Assembly (NCBI RefSeq): GCF_009914755.1
Contig: NC_060927.1
Reading direction: 5' to 3' (one strand)
Origin: the human T2T-CHM13v2.0 reference genome, Homo sapiens
Length of the DNA stretch: 64,000 bases
The position numbers were made by a program, and so were the translations under genes. The notes below the pieces were generated by a model, which made no database searches, was not told where the DNA came from, and saw nothing but the letters and a program-made list of their open reading frames with translations. This document shows positions 13,580 through 32,234 of this stretch, piece by piece; the stretch's first letter is position 1; each line of letters starts with the position of its first letter.

Positions 13580-14050
13580 GACTTATTTGATGGATGACAA
13601 ATGATAAAGAAATGAAGGCTGACCTTATCTGACCCCAAGTAATTCGAAAAGTGATCTCAAAGAAACAGAAAAATTGAAAAGAGGAGAAACCAGCAACTTA
13701 TTTGGGGGAAGAAGATAAAGACACTGAAAGATGCAATCAGAAGAATATAACAGGCATGAAAATAAGTGTCCAGAAAAATTCTAGAGTAAAATAGAAACTC
13801 TTACATTTACATGACTGTAAGAGTTGGACTGACACCAACAAAAGTTGAAGAGGAAAACAAAAAAGGAAGAAAGAATTTTAGAGGAATTCCAGACAGTGAA
13901 GCTTAGAGCACCCCTGGTGAAGGCATAGAAGGAAGAAAGAGAAAGAAACAGTGTAGTGTATATGGTCAAGGAATGAGAAAGTTGACCGAAATATGTCCAA
14001 AATTATAAACACTGACTCTATCAATTATAATTAAAGAGGTAGAAAATACA
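13580..14050 (-). mobile_element. L2 fragment
   Basis: Purine-rich degenerate sequence resembling antisense L2. Confidence 0.4.
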
Positions 14051-15580
14051 AAGAGTGGAAAGCAGCATTGAATGCCCTACACTCCAGGGTAGCTAAATTC
14101 CCTGTGGCATTCGCAGACAATCCTTAAAATAGACTCATGGAAGTTGAAAGTTGATCCACAATTTTCCTATTTAAAACTGGCTCTCTCATAACACAATTGA
14201 AAAAAATTACTGCTTGTTATACTTTTAACTGTGTAATGCATGTAAAAAAAAAGTTCTGCCAACTCTAGTCTAAATCCTTCTCATCTATCGTGACCTGTTC
14301 CAAAAACATATCATTCGGGGGAAAAAAATACACGCAATCACAGAGAGCTTGAAGTCATTATTTCCTCAAACTCAGTGATGTAACCTTTGAGGATTATATC
14401 AGACAACATTACTAGATGAAGACAATGTAGAAACATTTATGTTTTGCTTATTTTTATAAGAAACTTCATGCAGCATTCACCTTGGGTCTCCAGGAAAAAG
14501 GCATATGCAATCATGAGTGTCATGGAGCTGATAATAAAAGAGTGCTTATTATGAGAAAGATCTAAAGTTACAATCTAAAGTTTGAAGGAAATGTGCATTT
14601 GCAAATGAAACCAATGGGCCTTCTGCATAAATTACAAATATGCATCATTGCTTCTCACTGACAATACCAAAACCTCTATGGCTGCCTCATCAATCTAAGC
14701 TACACCAGTTTAAAACTCTGCCATGCACATCCCGTTCTGCTGTTGTCTCCTCTTTTCTCTCTATGACAGCCACATGTATTTAGAGATTCCTCCAGCGGTC
14801 ACCATTTTCTTATTTCCAACTCGCTCCCCAACCCTCCCAATTTGCTTCTGTTTCATCACTTCATTCAGGTGGTTCTGGCTAATGTGAGTGAGGACCGTGG
14901 TGTTTCTAAAATGGTTGTATATTTTTCAATGCTCTTCCTATCTCTTGTCATAGGCTGCATTCAATACCTTGAACCAGTCCCTTGTTTTTGAAACACTGTC
15001 CCCCCTGTTTTTCAAGATATAGCACTCTTAATGTCTCACTTGTAAGAACATTCTCATTTCAATTATCCATCTGTAAGCCCAACACTATAAATCCCTATAC
15101 GCACCCAAATGTACAAGTATCTTTTTGTTGTTGTTGTTGTTGTTTTTGTAACATCTTTTATTTGTATACAATTATAAATTATAAACTTGTTTTATTAGGA
15201 TTTTTCTTTTTTAAAAAAATTTATTTTTAGTCAGCTTACTCCCTTTTATTTACCAGCAGTTTGCTCTGACAGAATAAATTACAAACTATTGTTTTGCTTA
15301 ATCCTTTTAACCATCATGTCAGGCACACAGGTTGGAGGATATTATCTCCCATTTCATGGACAGAGTGGAAACACTGTACCCATATTTAGTGTAAGACAGA
15401 GCTCGGATATAAGCCTTGGGCTTCCATAGTCACAACTGCTTTTTTCCATAACTTTGTAATACATCATTTTAAAGTAATCTGATTTCACAAGTTTTACAGT
15501 ATAAGAGTAACATCTATAGCATCTCTTCTTGGCAGGTTACCTCTGGAGAGAACCAATCTAATTATCTCATACACTGGCAC

Positions 15581-15877
15581 TTTTTTTTTTTTTTGAGACA
15601 GAGTTTTGCTTTTGTTGCCCAGGCTGGAGTGCAATGGAGTGATCTCAGCTCACTGCAACCTCCGCCTCCCTGGGTTCAAGCAATTCTCTTGCCTCAGCCT
15701 CCCAAGTAGCTGGGATTACAGGCAGGCACCACCACGCCTGGCTAATTTTGTATTTTTAGTAGGGACAGAATTTCTCCATGTTGGTCAGGCTGGTCTCGAA
15801 CTCCTGACCTCAGGTGATCCGCCTGCCTCAGCCTCCTGAAGTATTGGGATTACAGGTGTGAGCCACCGTGCCCAGCC
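15581..15877 (-). mobile_element. AluSq/Sp-like
   Basis: gagttttgcttttgttgcccaggctggagtgcaatgg; degenerate TSD ta(c/a)actggca. Confidence 0.93.
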
Positions 15878-16289
15878 TAAACTGGCAAGTTTTAAGGCAG
15901 CTACATCTCTAACTTGATTTACCAGCTATGCTTGAGGGTCCAAGTAGCCAAAATTGCAGCCAAACTGATCTGAAAGGACCAGGGAATAGAATGGTCAAGC
16001 ATGTTTCCAAGTTTAACCTAGGCCTGGCACATCCTTGCCAATTGCTCAGATGGCAAGTGAGGGGCAATTAAGTGAAGAGAATAGCAGGAAGACCCACTTG
16101 GGGTGGACACTGATGAAAAACACAAGCAGTATCAGACCCACTGTTTTCAGGATTAAAATCCCCAGATGCCCAATTATTGGTCTACTATGTCACTACCAGT
16201 AGGACAAAAGGCAATACTTCTGAAGACTAGAATACGCAAGGAAAAAATTAAGGTGCCTGCCTGTCTGGGGCCTCTTTTAACACTTATCC

Positions 16290-17575
<1,286 letters not shown>

Positions 17576-18095
17576 GGGCAAATTTGGTTTAAAAATAGTA
17601 TATGGCTTATAGACCATCCCTCATGCCAATTCAGACCTGATTTTCTCCAATTTTTAGCTTAAAGTGTGTTTATTCTTATTCTTATACATGTACAACCATA
17701 AAGATTGCTCAAAGTACTGAAATGCTATAGCACCTATGAAGATATCAATTTCAGAGCCACAGGGAATAGTAATAAGATGAATACAGAATTTTTCATACCG
17801 AATAAGTATTTTAGATAATGCCAAATAGACTTTATAGCTAGATTCTATAGCTAGACTAAATGTCTGTTCAGATAACACTCAATAACATCTGAATCAACTG
17901 ATCTTTATTCTGGCTCTGCCTCATAGAATTCAGGAAAGTTCTTGTGTCAGGCCTTTTTAGCCTGGGGGTAGAGGAGGGGAAGGGAATGGAGAAAGCTACA
18001 AATAAAGACGAGTCTGTTGAGACTTGACTATACGTTAGTCTAGCAATCAAATGTTGTATAATTCCAAAAGAGATGACCTATCTGTGGCCCAGATG

Positions 18096-18758
18096 CAGAG
18101 CCAGCAACATAATCTATGGGGTGCTGTTCACATGCACCCTAGAACTTAAAGTATAATAAAAATATATATATATAAAATAAAAAATAAATAAATAAAATTT
18201 GCCAGAAAACGAAAAAAAAAAAAGAAAAAGAAAATCCAAGTCCCTTCATTCAAAAAGCAGAAGACTGCCTTCTGCAGTCTCTTGATTGATCTTTCATGGT
18301 GGTTTTATTTTTATCGTTATTATCTTGCTATTTAATGTTACATTCCCTTGGACACAAAACACTCATGCAGTGAGTGCAGACAACAAGTACCTTGGTCCCT
18401 GCTCCTGTGACTTCTGATACACAAGTATCCAAAACTGACCTTCCCCATGCCTGGTCCCATAGAGGGTATGGAGGGCCACAGCAATCAATGAATGGGGCAG
18501 AGGAGCAGGTGGCTGAGAACCCAATCTGAGGAGTCAGGGAGGGAGCAGGAGGCAGGACTACTTGCAGCCAAGGCTCTAGGTTCCCAGTGCATGTTCTATT
18601 GTCCCATCAGACATTAGTTATAAAGCGCAAATTCAATAATCCAGTGTTAAGAATTTCAAAATGATGCCAGCAGAGCATTAAACCCTAAGTGCAGGGTCCC
18701 TTTCTGAGTGTGGACCCTATGCAACTGCACATGTCACACACTTGTGAAGCTGACCTTG
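18096..18758 (-). mobile_element. MER45-family hAT-Tip100 DNA transposon
   Basis: Termini match the reverse complement of MER45 (cagagccagcaacataat...; taagaatttcaaaatgatgccagcagagcattaaacc...gaagctgaccttg). Confidence 0.75.
18122..18223 (+). mobile_element. Ultra-short L1PA 3' stub with composite tail
   Basis: cacatgcaccctagaacttaaagtataataaaa, A-rich tract, tttgccagaaaacg, then A12. Confidence 0.8.
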
Positions 18759-19261
18759 TGCAGATAAAATGGTTTCTAGTGAACCACAGTGAAGAAGGTA
18801 TAACTTATTCTTACACATTCAGACATCTCTATCTGAAACTATGTACTCACAGGTGTATCCTGTCATGGAAAAGGTAGATTTGTGCGCTCTGGAAACTGTT
18901 GATTTCTACTAAGTAGTCAAACTGTACTAAGTTCATTCTGTATCACTCAGATAAGTGCAACTTGTGTAATATTTCCAAGTGTTGTCAGTGCCTGGTGTTT
19001 TCTCAAATCCAGTAGACAAGACCCACTTATTTAATTATTAATCTAGAGCATATGCTCTCTTAGGACATGAATAATCATCTTCCTATCTCTACTATAATCA
19101 ACAGTACCTTGTATCGGTTGATGCTCAATAAATGATTCTTGAGTTGGAATAATAAACTCCATACTCCTCTTCTAATTATGCTATTCCTAAAATAAAAGTC
19201 AATTTAAAAATGCATGGTGGAATCTTTAAAGTATCAGCCTATTTGGTGTATGTATGTATGT

Positions 19262-19263
<2 letters not shown>

Positions 19264-19300
<37 letters not shown>
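19264..19300. repeat. (CA)n microsatellite
   Basis: About 18 CA units. Confidence 0.95.
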
Positions 19301-19304
<4 letters not shown>

Positions 19305-20034
19305 GAGTCTTAATTCCACACATTTCTTCTCAAGAGTTCAAGGTGGCTATCAGGACCAAGCCTACAAATAAAGAGATTGAAATTTCCACAAAGTTATCAC
19401 TTTAACCAAAAGGAAGTCCTAGTTAAAATGCAAAAACAAAAACAATATTTACAAAGAATATTTTAAAACTTGGAGAAGAGCTTATGGTATAATTAAATAA
19501 AAAACCAAGAGGAAATAATATTGCCAGTCTTCAGAATAAGAACATGTACTTATATACACGAAGTAAAAAGATTGGAAGGAAACATTATCCGACATTATTA
19601 GTATTTATCTCTTGGTGTATAAGATTATGAGAGATTATAGTTTTTAAATTTATTTTGTGTATATATTAAAATTTTCTTCTATACTGGGCATATGCTGCTT
19701 TTATATTCATAAGTTTTTTTTGAAAAGCAAACATTTGAAAAGAATAACTTTTAGTCGTTTAAAGTGGCAGTTAAAATTATTTTTTATTAATAAAGTCTTT
19801 TGGCATCAATATTATGGCATCCCAATATATATTTTTTAAGTGATGAACAGCTTCCTTAGGCCATTTAAATCTTCATCACTAGGCAGAGAATATTTCATTG
19901 CTTAAAGGAGCTTTTGAAATGCCACTCAGAAAGTCAGTGAGTTAAATCCAAACCCCATCCGGTTGTTGTGAAAGAGGCATATAAATGGCTTTTCATCTCA
20001 CTTCTCTGATTCATATTTTATTCAAGATATTGGT

Positions 20035-20445
20035 GTGTTAGTTAAGTAATTCTCGATTATGCTGCAGTAACAAATAAACCTTGAAGTGTCAGTGGCTTAA
20101 CTACAAGGGTTTATTTTTCACTCAGGTCAACCCAATCCAAACCAGGTGGCCAAGTAATGACTCAGGATCCAGGCTCCCCAATTTTGCAACTCCATCATCT
20201 TATACTTCTTCACTTCCAGTTACACAGATAGAAGAGAGAAAGATATAGTAGAGGCACATACACAAATGTGTATGTGTGTATACGTGTGTGTATGTATATA
20301 GTGATGGCGTGTGTGTGTGTATACATATATATATATTTAGCCAGACCTAGTCATTGGCCCCACCCTAACTTCAGTACTGCAGTGGTGACTGAAAAATGTA
20401 GAGAAGTGCAAAAGAATATTTGGTTTTTACTGCTACTGACTGTCA
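20035..20445 (-). mobile_element. Old MLT1 (K/L-like) LTR
   Basis: ttatgctgcagtaacaaataaacc...cagtggcttaa...gtttatttttcactca is the typical antisense MLT1 end. Confidence 0.5.
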
Positions 20446-21838
20446 CAAGATTTTAAAATTTCAAATAACATTAAAGAAGGACATGGGAATTATCATAATG
20501 GGGCAAAAGTTAAACTAGGATATAAGATACTATATTAGCAGAAACTATTTTTTCTTCAAAAGATTGACGAAAACATCTGAGAGGATATGACAAGACAGAT
20601 CATTGATATTAAGAGGTGTTGAAGGTGAGATTAAATAGAGCTGAAAGCATGAAACAATACCCTGAGATGTCAGACAACTCTGCTCACCACACTCAGATTT
20701 CCTGAGGTTCTGTATTGAGACAGGCAAGCAGGGCTTTTAAAATGTCCCAGCAGAATTAAAAAGCTGCCACAACTTATTCATTTCTCCAAGTGTGATATAT
20801 GTTGCTTACAATAAACTTCAAAGAGGTATGTGCTGATGGTTTCTAACTGCCATATAAACACCACTTCATATAAACATCAGCCTGGAACTCCACCAACTCG
20901 TACAGACCTGATGGATATTCACCAGGGCAAACTAGCAAAGGACTATTTTTAAGCCTCCACAACTGAGGATAACTTTGTTAATTTTTCTACTTATTTAGTA
21001 GAGTGCCCATTTAATGTTTGTCCTTCAGGCAGGAATGTATGCTCTTCACGGTTTTACATGTCAGTTTAGATTTCTCAAGAAAAAGGTCTATAAATTTAGG
21101 GGAAAGAATGTTTACCAGTCATGTACACTATGCCTACGATTATACTCTTGAATTCATTGGTCCCTTAAGTAAACGTTGGTGATTGATTTACAAATATAGT
21201 AACTGAAATCAATGGAAGATACATTTGAAATATAATTCTAATCACATATGTACATGAGATAATTTTACAAACGTGACCTCATGCCTGTCACATGGATTAA
21301 GTTCATTAATGCCAAAATGTGAGATAAATTATTTCTATACCACATTTTCCTATAAATGGCCAAGAAAGGTTTAAGGTAAACTAATGCTTAGGCAAGCTAT
21401 ATTTGTCAGAAATTTCTAAAGGATAATTCTTGCTCCTTCAATTTAACAATAAGAAAGGAGAAGAAAAGAAAGAAAAGGAGAAAGGAGAAGAAAGGAAAGG
21501 AAAGGAGAAAATCTATTTGAATTATTTAGAGAACATCCTGTACTCTCTTTAGATCATATGTATTCAGTTTTGTTTCACTGGTGTTCTTTATTGTTTTGTT
21601 TCTTTATTATTTCTGATTTTGTAATAAATGGAGGGTAAAATACAAAATTTCTACTGGTTGCTAAATAGACAGCTGTGAGATCTATAGTTTTATACATTAA
21701 GGGATGGAATCTCTGAGTAAACAATTTTGATTGGCTCTTACTATCTTGCAAGCTCCTTCTTCATTAAACTAAATAAATCATCAGTTTAATTCATTGGGAA
21801 ATCTCCAGAAGAGGTTCACAAGTATAAAAAGCTTTTGG

Positions 21839-22217
<379 letters not shown>

Positions 22218-23291
22218 TCAGAGTGAATCTTAAATTATCAAACAAATGAAAGGGTTGATTCATCATTTCAATTTCCTTATCTTGGATGCATTACTGAAAC
22301 AACAATTAAATTTAACTTTCAGTCATGAGGAATTAAACAGGCATGACTTGGTAAGAGCCTGCTCCATTTTCCCCTAGAATAAGTCAATATGGTTTATAAC
22401 TGAAAACAATCTCAAGGGAATTTTGACTCTGTCATTTTCCCAAAACAAATGGCTCTGCTGCTATTGCTTCCAGAACAGCATAACATGCCACTCAGAGTCT
22501 TTATGCTGCTGAGCCACTCATATGCGTGTGTCAGAATTAATCTGACATCCTAAAAGCAGAGGGGGGCTTGGGCCAGTTGCATTGATGTGGGCTATATTTT
22601 AAGCATCTGTTTACTAGTCTGTCTCCTACATTAAACTGTGAGCAACATCAGAGGGTCTCTCATAATCATCATTGCATTTTTTTCAGCACAAATCTCAACA
22701 CTGAAAAATGTTCAATTCATTTTTTAAAAATGTGTTCATAGAATACCAAATTTTAGTGAAACCAATATAGTCAGTAGTGGTGGAATAGATACTAAGTGTG
22801 TAATTAAGTTATGTATAGACTCTCTTCTTTCCAAATGCCAGTAACCCAATAAAAGGACCTTCCTTTTGTATTCTCGGCCATAACTAATGTTGAAATTAGA
22901 AAAAAAAAAAAAGGAGAGATTATCTCAAATAAACGACTGCCATGAATTCTTGTTACATGAAGAAAGCTAAATGGAGATATTACTTCTTTTCTAAGGTTTA
23001 TGAAAATGTATTTAAATTATTTTCCTTAAAAAGAAGTAGAACTGCTAATATATTATATACTCCAAGAATGCATTCAAAACAAAAATTCCCATTCACATTT
23101 TCAATCTCAACCTAAATTTATATTTTTGCAAGTCCATCCTCTTCCTCTATTCTCTCTTATTCTCTTTCCTGTCACTAATTTTCCTAGATAGAAGAGGATT
23201 TCTGTTTTGAAGTTCAGTGAGTGAGGGTATTTAAAAAAAGAAATGAAAGGAAGAAAAAAACCTGACACAACACAGGTGAGTTTTTAAATTT

Positions 23292-24428
23292 TTTTGCACA
23301 GCAATGGAAATAATCAAAAAATGAAAAGGCAGCCTACAGAATGGGAGCAAATATTTACAAAGCACATATTCAATAGGGTGCTAGTATTCAAAATACATAA
23401 GGAAAGCAAACAACTCTAAAGCAAAAAAGCAAATAACCTGATTTTAATATAGGAAAAGGATCTGTATAGACATTTTTCCAAACAAGACATACAAATGGAC
23501 AACAGGTTAGTGAAAAAGGTGCCCAACATCACTAATCATCAGGAAAATGCAAATCAAAACTGAAATGAGCTATCTCACACCTGTTAGGATGGCTATTACC
23601 AAAATGTTAAGTGATAACAAATGTTGGCAAGAGTGTGAAGAAAAGGAAACCCTGATATACTGTTGGTGGGATTGTAAATTAGTACAGCTATTATGGAAAA
23701 CAGTATTGAGTTTCTCAAACACTAAAAATAGAACTACTATGTGATGAAGTAATCTCACTTCTGAGTATATATCTAATCAAAATTTCAAAGACGTATGTGC
23801 ACTCCCATGTTAATTGCAGCATTACTCACAATAGCTAAGATATAGGAGCAACCTAGGTGTCTATCACTGAATAAATGAATAAAGCAAATGTGATGTATAT
23901 ATATATAATGGAATATTATTCAGTCTTAAAAAAGAATGAAATCCTGTTATTTGTAACCACATGGATGAACCTAGAGGACACTATGTTAAGTGAAATATGC
24001 CAGATATAGAAAGACAAATACTGTATGATCTCACTTACATGTGTAATTGAAAAAAGTTAAACTCATAGTAGAAGCAGAGAGTAGAATGGTGCTTGCCAGG
24101 GTCTGGAGGGGGAAGGCAGAATGGGGAGATGTTTGCCAAAGGGTGCAAAGTTTTTGTTAGGATAAATAAATTATAGAGATCTAATGAACAGCATGTTGAC
24201 TATAGTTAATAATACTGTATTTTATACTTGAGATTCACTGAGTAAATCTTGAATGTTCTCATCACACCACCAAAAAAAAGATAACTATGTGAGGCAATGA
24301 ATATATTAATTAGCTTGATTGTGGTAATCATTTTACAATGTACATGTATATCAAAACAACACGCTTTACATCTTAAATATATTCAATTTATATTTGTCAA
24401 TCATACCTCACTAAAGCTAGGGGAAGAT
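23292..24428 (+). mobile_element. L1MA (MA7-9-like) ORF2 end and 3'UTR
   Basis: ORF 23547 [17 protein letters not shown]...CWWDCKLVQ is the L1 ORF2 C-terminus; 3'UTR ends at tcaatcatacctcactaaagct. Confidence 0.85.
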
Positions 24429-24479
24429 AATACACCTTTAAACAATTTTTATAAAAGGAAAATAATTGTCCGTAAGATA

Positions 24480-25500
24480 TTTGACTGAAAATAGGGAAAC
24501 TATTAAGAAGCTGTTGAACTAATCTAAGAATGGAGTAAGGCTAGTCTAGACTTGACTCTGGACCAGTGGTTATTAAACTCCATCACCCATAAGAATCACC
24601 TGGATAACTTACTAAAACACAGATAAAAAAGATTTTAATCCTGAAGGTCTGCGATAAGACCAAGCACTTGCATTTCTAACAGGCTCCTAAGTGGTACCCA
24701 TGCTGTTAATCTACAGACCATCTCTGAGTAGCACTGCTCTAGACTACTGAGGTAAAAGCAACAAAACCAGAAACCATTTTTACTAAGAATCAGAATGACC
24801 TAACAAACCTAGGTATAAGGAAAAAGATACTAAAATTTCTAGCATGATGTTTGTGGTGTTGACCTGCATGGAAATTGGAGGAAAAAAAAAATAAACAAGT
24901 TAAGAGAGTAAGAGAGGTTTGTTTTTATAAATGCTGGATTTGAGATGACATCCGGATATTGATGTGTATATGACTTGCAGACAGCAGGAAATGAATGGCT
25001 GTCATGGACATATAGTTAGACTTCAGATTTCAAGGTAAAGATTTACAAGTTTCATGAACACAGTAGTCAAACTCGAGAGGGGACTCTGAGTTATGAGAAG
25101 AAATCAAAAAGCCACTCACAGAACCTCAAAGAACTGTCATGTCATGGGGTGGGAGAATGAAAGATATCAAAAGAAAGAGAAGGACTGGTTACAATTATTA
25201 TGATAGGAGAGAAGCTAATAGGTAAGTGAGTGTTGAGTGTTACAGTTAAAGAAGAGAACATTTCATTTATTATTAATAAGTTGTCTGTGCTGAATACTTT
25301 AAAGAGATTAAGGAGAATGAAAACCAAAGAAAGATCCAGGATCAGTAGCTTACTGTATTCACTAATAAACTCTCTGACAACCTCAGTAGTCACTGACAAA
25401 CTTTGGAGAGCATCGTACCAGTAGCATTGAGCAGAAGCCAAACTGGAAATAGTTAAGAACAAAATGGGAAAAGAAAAAGTGAGGCAGTTCATGTGAATAA
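24480..25500 (-). mobile_element. L2 fragment
   Basis: Degenerate antisense L2 (tttgagatgacatcc, gcagaagccaaactg); accounts for ORFs 25142/25230. Confidence 0.55.
24564..24736. mobile_element. MER5A hAT-Charlie MITE
   Basis: cagtggtt...gaatcacctgg...tgcatttctaac...tgagtagcactg; 8-bp TSD ctctggac/ctctagac. Confidence 0.85.
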
Positions 25501-25620
25501 AATAGGAGAATCACATTAAACTTAAATTTTGTTTACAGAACTAAGGCTCAAGAACATCTATGATATTTACACCTTCCATTTTCATTTTCTTTTTATATTT
25601 CCAAAGAGTCCTGCATAGGT

Positions 25621-26091
25621 TACAAGAGGCTGAAAAATGGTTCCCCCCAAAATGTCCATAGTCCAGTCCCTGGAACCTCTCAATATTACCTTTACAAATG
25701 TGATTAAGTATCTTGAAATGGGGAGTGAATTCTGAATTATGCAGATATGTCCTAAATGCAATCATAGGTATTTTTATGAGGGAGGCAGAGGGGATTTCAC
25801 ATACCCAGAATGAAAAATAAATGTGAACTGAAGTGAGATGCTATGCTGCTTCCTTTGAAGATGAAGGAAGGGGCCACACACCAAGGAATGCTGCTCTAGA
25901 AGCTGTAAAAGACAAGAAAACAGATTCCCTTCTAGGTCCTCCAGAGGGAGCATGACCCTGCCAATCTTGGCAGTTTCAAGTGAAACAATTTCAGAAGTCT
26001 CAGCCTCAAGAACGACAGGAGAATAAATTTGTGTTGCTTTCAGCTACCAGGGTTCTGGTAACTTGTCATAGTGCCACAAGAAACTAACACA
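25621..26091 (+). mobile_element. MLT1B/C-like MaLR LTR
   Basis: ccccaaaatgtccat...gtgattaag...gattcccttctag...gagaataaatttgtgttg...aactaacaca. Confidence 0.8.
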
Positions 26092-26305
26092 TAGGTCAAT
26101 ATTCAATTGTAACTTCGCAATAAATTAAATTTAGTGTATTGAGTCATCTACTGTTAGACAAAATAACACTCTAAGTGATTATGAGATACTTCTCAATTGA
26201 GGATCACAATATATTGTTACTTTCCTCATATCCAACTCGGTAAGAAATATTTCTGCTGTGTTATAAGGCTTTGTGGGGCATCCATATTTAAAGAATATGA
26301 AAAAT

Positions 26306-27329
26306 GGTGGAGCCAAGATGGCCGAGTAGGAACAGCTCCAGTCTATAGCTCCCAGCACGAGCGATGCAGAAGATGGGTGATTTCCGCATTTCCAACTGAG
26401 GTACCAGGTTCATCTCACTGGGGAGTGCTGGACAATTGGTGCAGGACAGTGGGTGCAGCCCACCGTGCGTGAGCTGAGGCAGGGCGAGGCATCGCCTCAC
26501 CCGGGAAGTGCAAGGGGTCAGGGAATTCCCTTTCCTAGTCAAAGAAAAGGGTGACAGACGGCACCTGGAAAATCGGGTCACTCCCACCCTAATACTGCAC
26601 TTTTCCAATGGGCTTAACAAACGGCACACCAGGAGATTATATCCCGCACATGGCTTGGAGGGTCCTACACCCACAGAGCCTCACTCATTGCTAGCACAGC
26701 AGTCTGAGATCAAGCTGCAAGGTGGCAGCGAGGCTGGGGGAGGGGCACCTGCCATTGCCCAGGCTTGAGGAGGTAAATAAAGCAGCAGGAAGCTCGAACT
26801 GTGTGGAGCCCACCACAGCTCAAGGAGGCCTGCCTGCCTCTGTAGGTTCCATCTCTGGGGGCAGGGCACAGACAAACAAAAGACAGCAATAACTTCTGCA
26901 GACTTAAATGTCCCTGTCTTACAGCTTTGAAGAAGGTAGTGGTTCTCCCAGCATGCAGCTTGAGATCTGAGAATGGACAGACTGCCTCCTCAAGTGGGTC
27001 CCTGACCCCCGAGTAGCCTAACTGGGAGGCACCCCCCAGTAGGGGCAGGCTGACACCTCACACGGCTGGGTACTCCTCTGAGACAAAACTTCCAGAGGAA
27101 GGATCGGGCAGCAGCATTTGCGGTTCACCAATATCCACTGTTCTGCAGCCACCACTGCTGATACCCAGGCAAACAGGGTCTGGAGTTGACCTCCAGTAAA
27201 CTCCAACAGACCTGCAGCTCAGGGTCCTGACTCTTAGAAGGAAAACTAACAAACAGAAAGGACATCCACACCAAAAACCCATCTGTACGTCACCATCATC
27301 AAAGACCAAAGGTAGATAAAACCACGAAG
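26306..27329 (+). promoter_or_regulatory. L1 5'UTR internal sense promoter (YY1 site aagatggcc) and antisense promoter region
   Basis: YY1 motif at about 26315-26323. CpG decay is visible, so activity is unknown. Confidence 0.75.
26540..26755 (-). pseudogene. L1 antisense ORF0, truncated
   Basis: MAGAPPPASLPPCSLISDCCASNE* (stop at 26683-26681), continuing in frame as VGVGPSKPCAGYNLLVCRLL...IRVGVTRFSRC. Confidence 0.85.
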
Positions 27330-28356
27330 ATGGGAAAAAAACAGAGCAGAAAAACTGGAAACTCTAAAAATCAGAGTGCCTCTCCTCCTCCAAAGGAACA
27401 CAGCTCCTCACCAGCAATGGAACAAAGCTGGATGGAGAATGACTTTGACGAGTTGAGGAAAGAAGGCTTCAGAAGATCAAACTACTCCGAGCTAAAGGAG
27501 GAAGTTCAAACCAGTGGCAAAGAAGTTAAAAACTTTGAAAAAAAAATTAGACGAATGGATAACTAGAATAACTAATGCAGAGAAGTCCTTAAAGGACCTG
27601 ATGGAGCTGAAAACCATGCCATGAGAACTACGTGACAAATGCACAAGCCTCAGTAACCGATGCGATCAACTGGAAGAAAGGGTATCAGTGATGGAAAATG
27701 AAATGAATGAAATGAATGAAATGAAGCGTGAAGAGAAGTTTAGAGAAAAAAGAATAAAAAGAAATGAACAAAGCCTCCAAGAAATATGGGACTATGTGAA
27801 AAGACCAAATCTAGGTCTGATTGGTGTACGTGAAAGTGACAGGGAGAATGGAACCAAGTTGGAAAACACTCTGCAGGATATTATCCAGCAGAACTTCCCC
27901 AATCTAGAAAGGCAGGCCAACATTCAAACTCAGGAAATACAGAGAACACCACAAAGATACTCCTCGAGAAGAGCAACTCCAAGACACAAAATTGTCAGAT
28001 TCACCAAAGTTGAAATGAAGGAAAAAATGTTAAGGGCAGCCAAAGAGAAAGGTTGGGTTACCCACAAAGGGAAGCCCATCAGACTAACAGCTGATCTCTC
28101 GGCAGAAACTCTACTAGCCAGAAGAGAGTGGGGGCCAATATTCAACATTCTTAAAGAAAAGAATTTTCAATCCAGAATTTCATATCCAGTCAAACTAAGC
28201 TTCATAAGTGAAGGAGAAATAAAATCCTTTACAGACAAGCAAATGTTGAGAGATTTTGTCACCACCAGGCCTGCCCTAAAAGAGCTCCTGAAGGAAGCAC
28301 TGAACATGGAAAGGAACAACCGGTACCAGCCACTGCAAAAACATGCCGAATTGTAA
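27330..28356 (+). pseudogene. L1 ORF1p, disrupted
   Basis: MGKKQSRKTGNSKNQSASPPPKE...RYQPLQKHA; frameshift in the A-run at ~27540 and TGA at 27622. Confidence 0.95.
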
Positions 28357-28404
28357 AGACCATCAAGACTAGGAAGAAACTGCATCAACTAATGAGCAAA
28401 ATAA

Positions 28405-32234
<3,830 letters not shown>

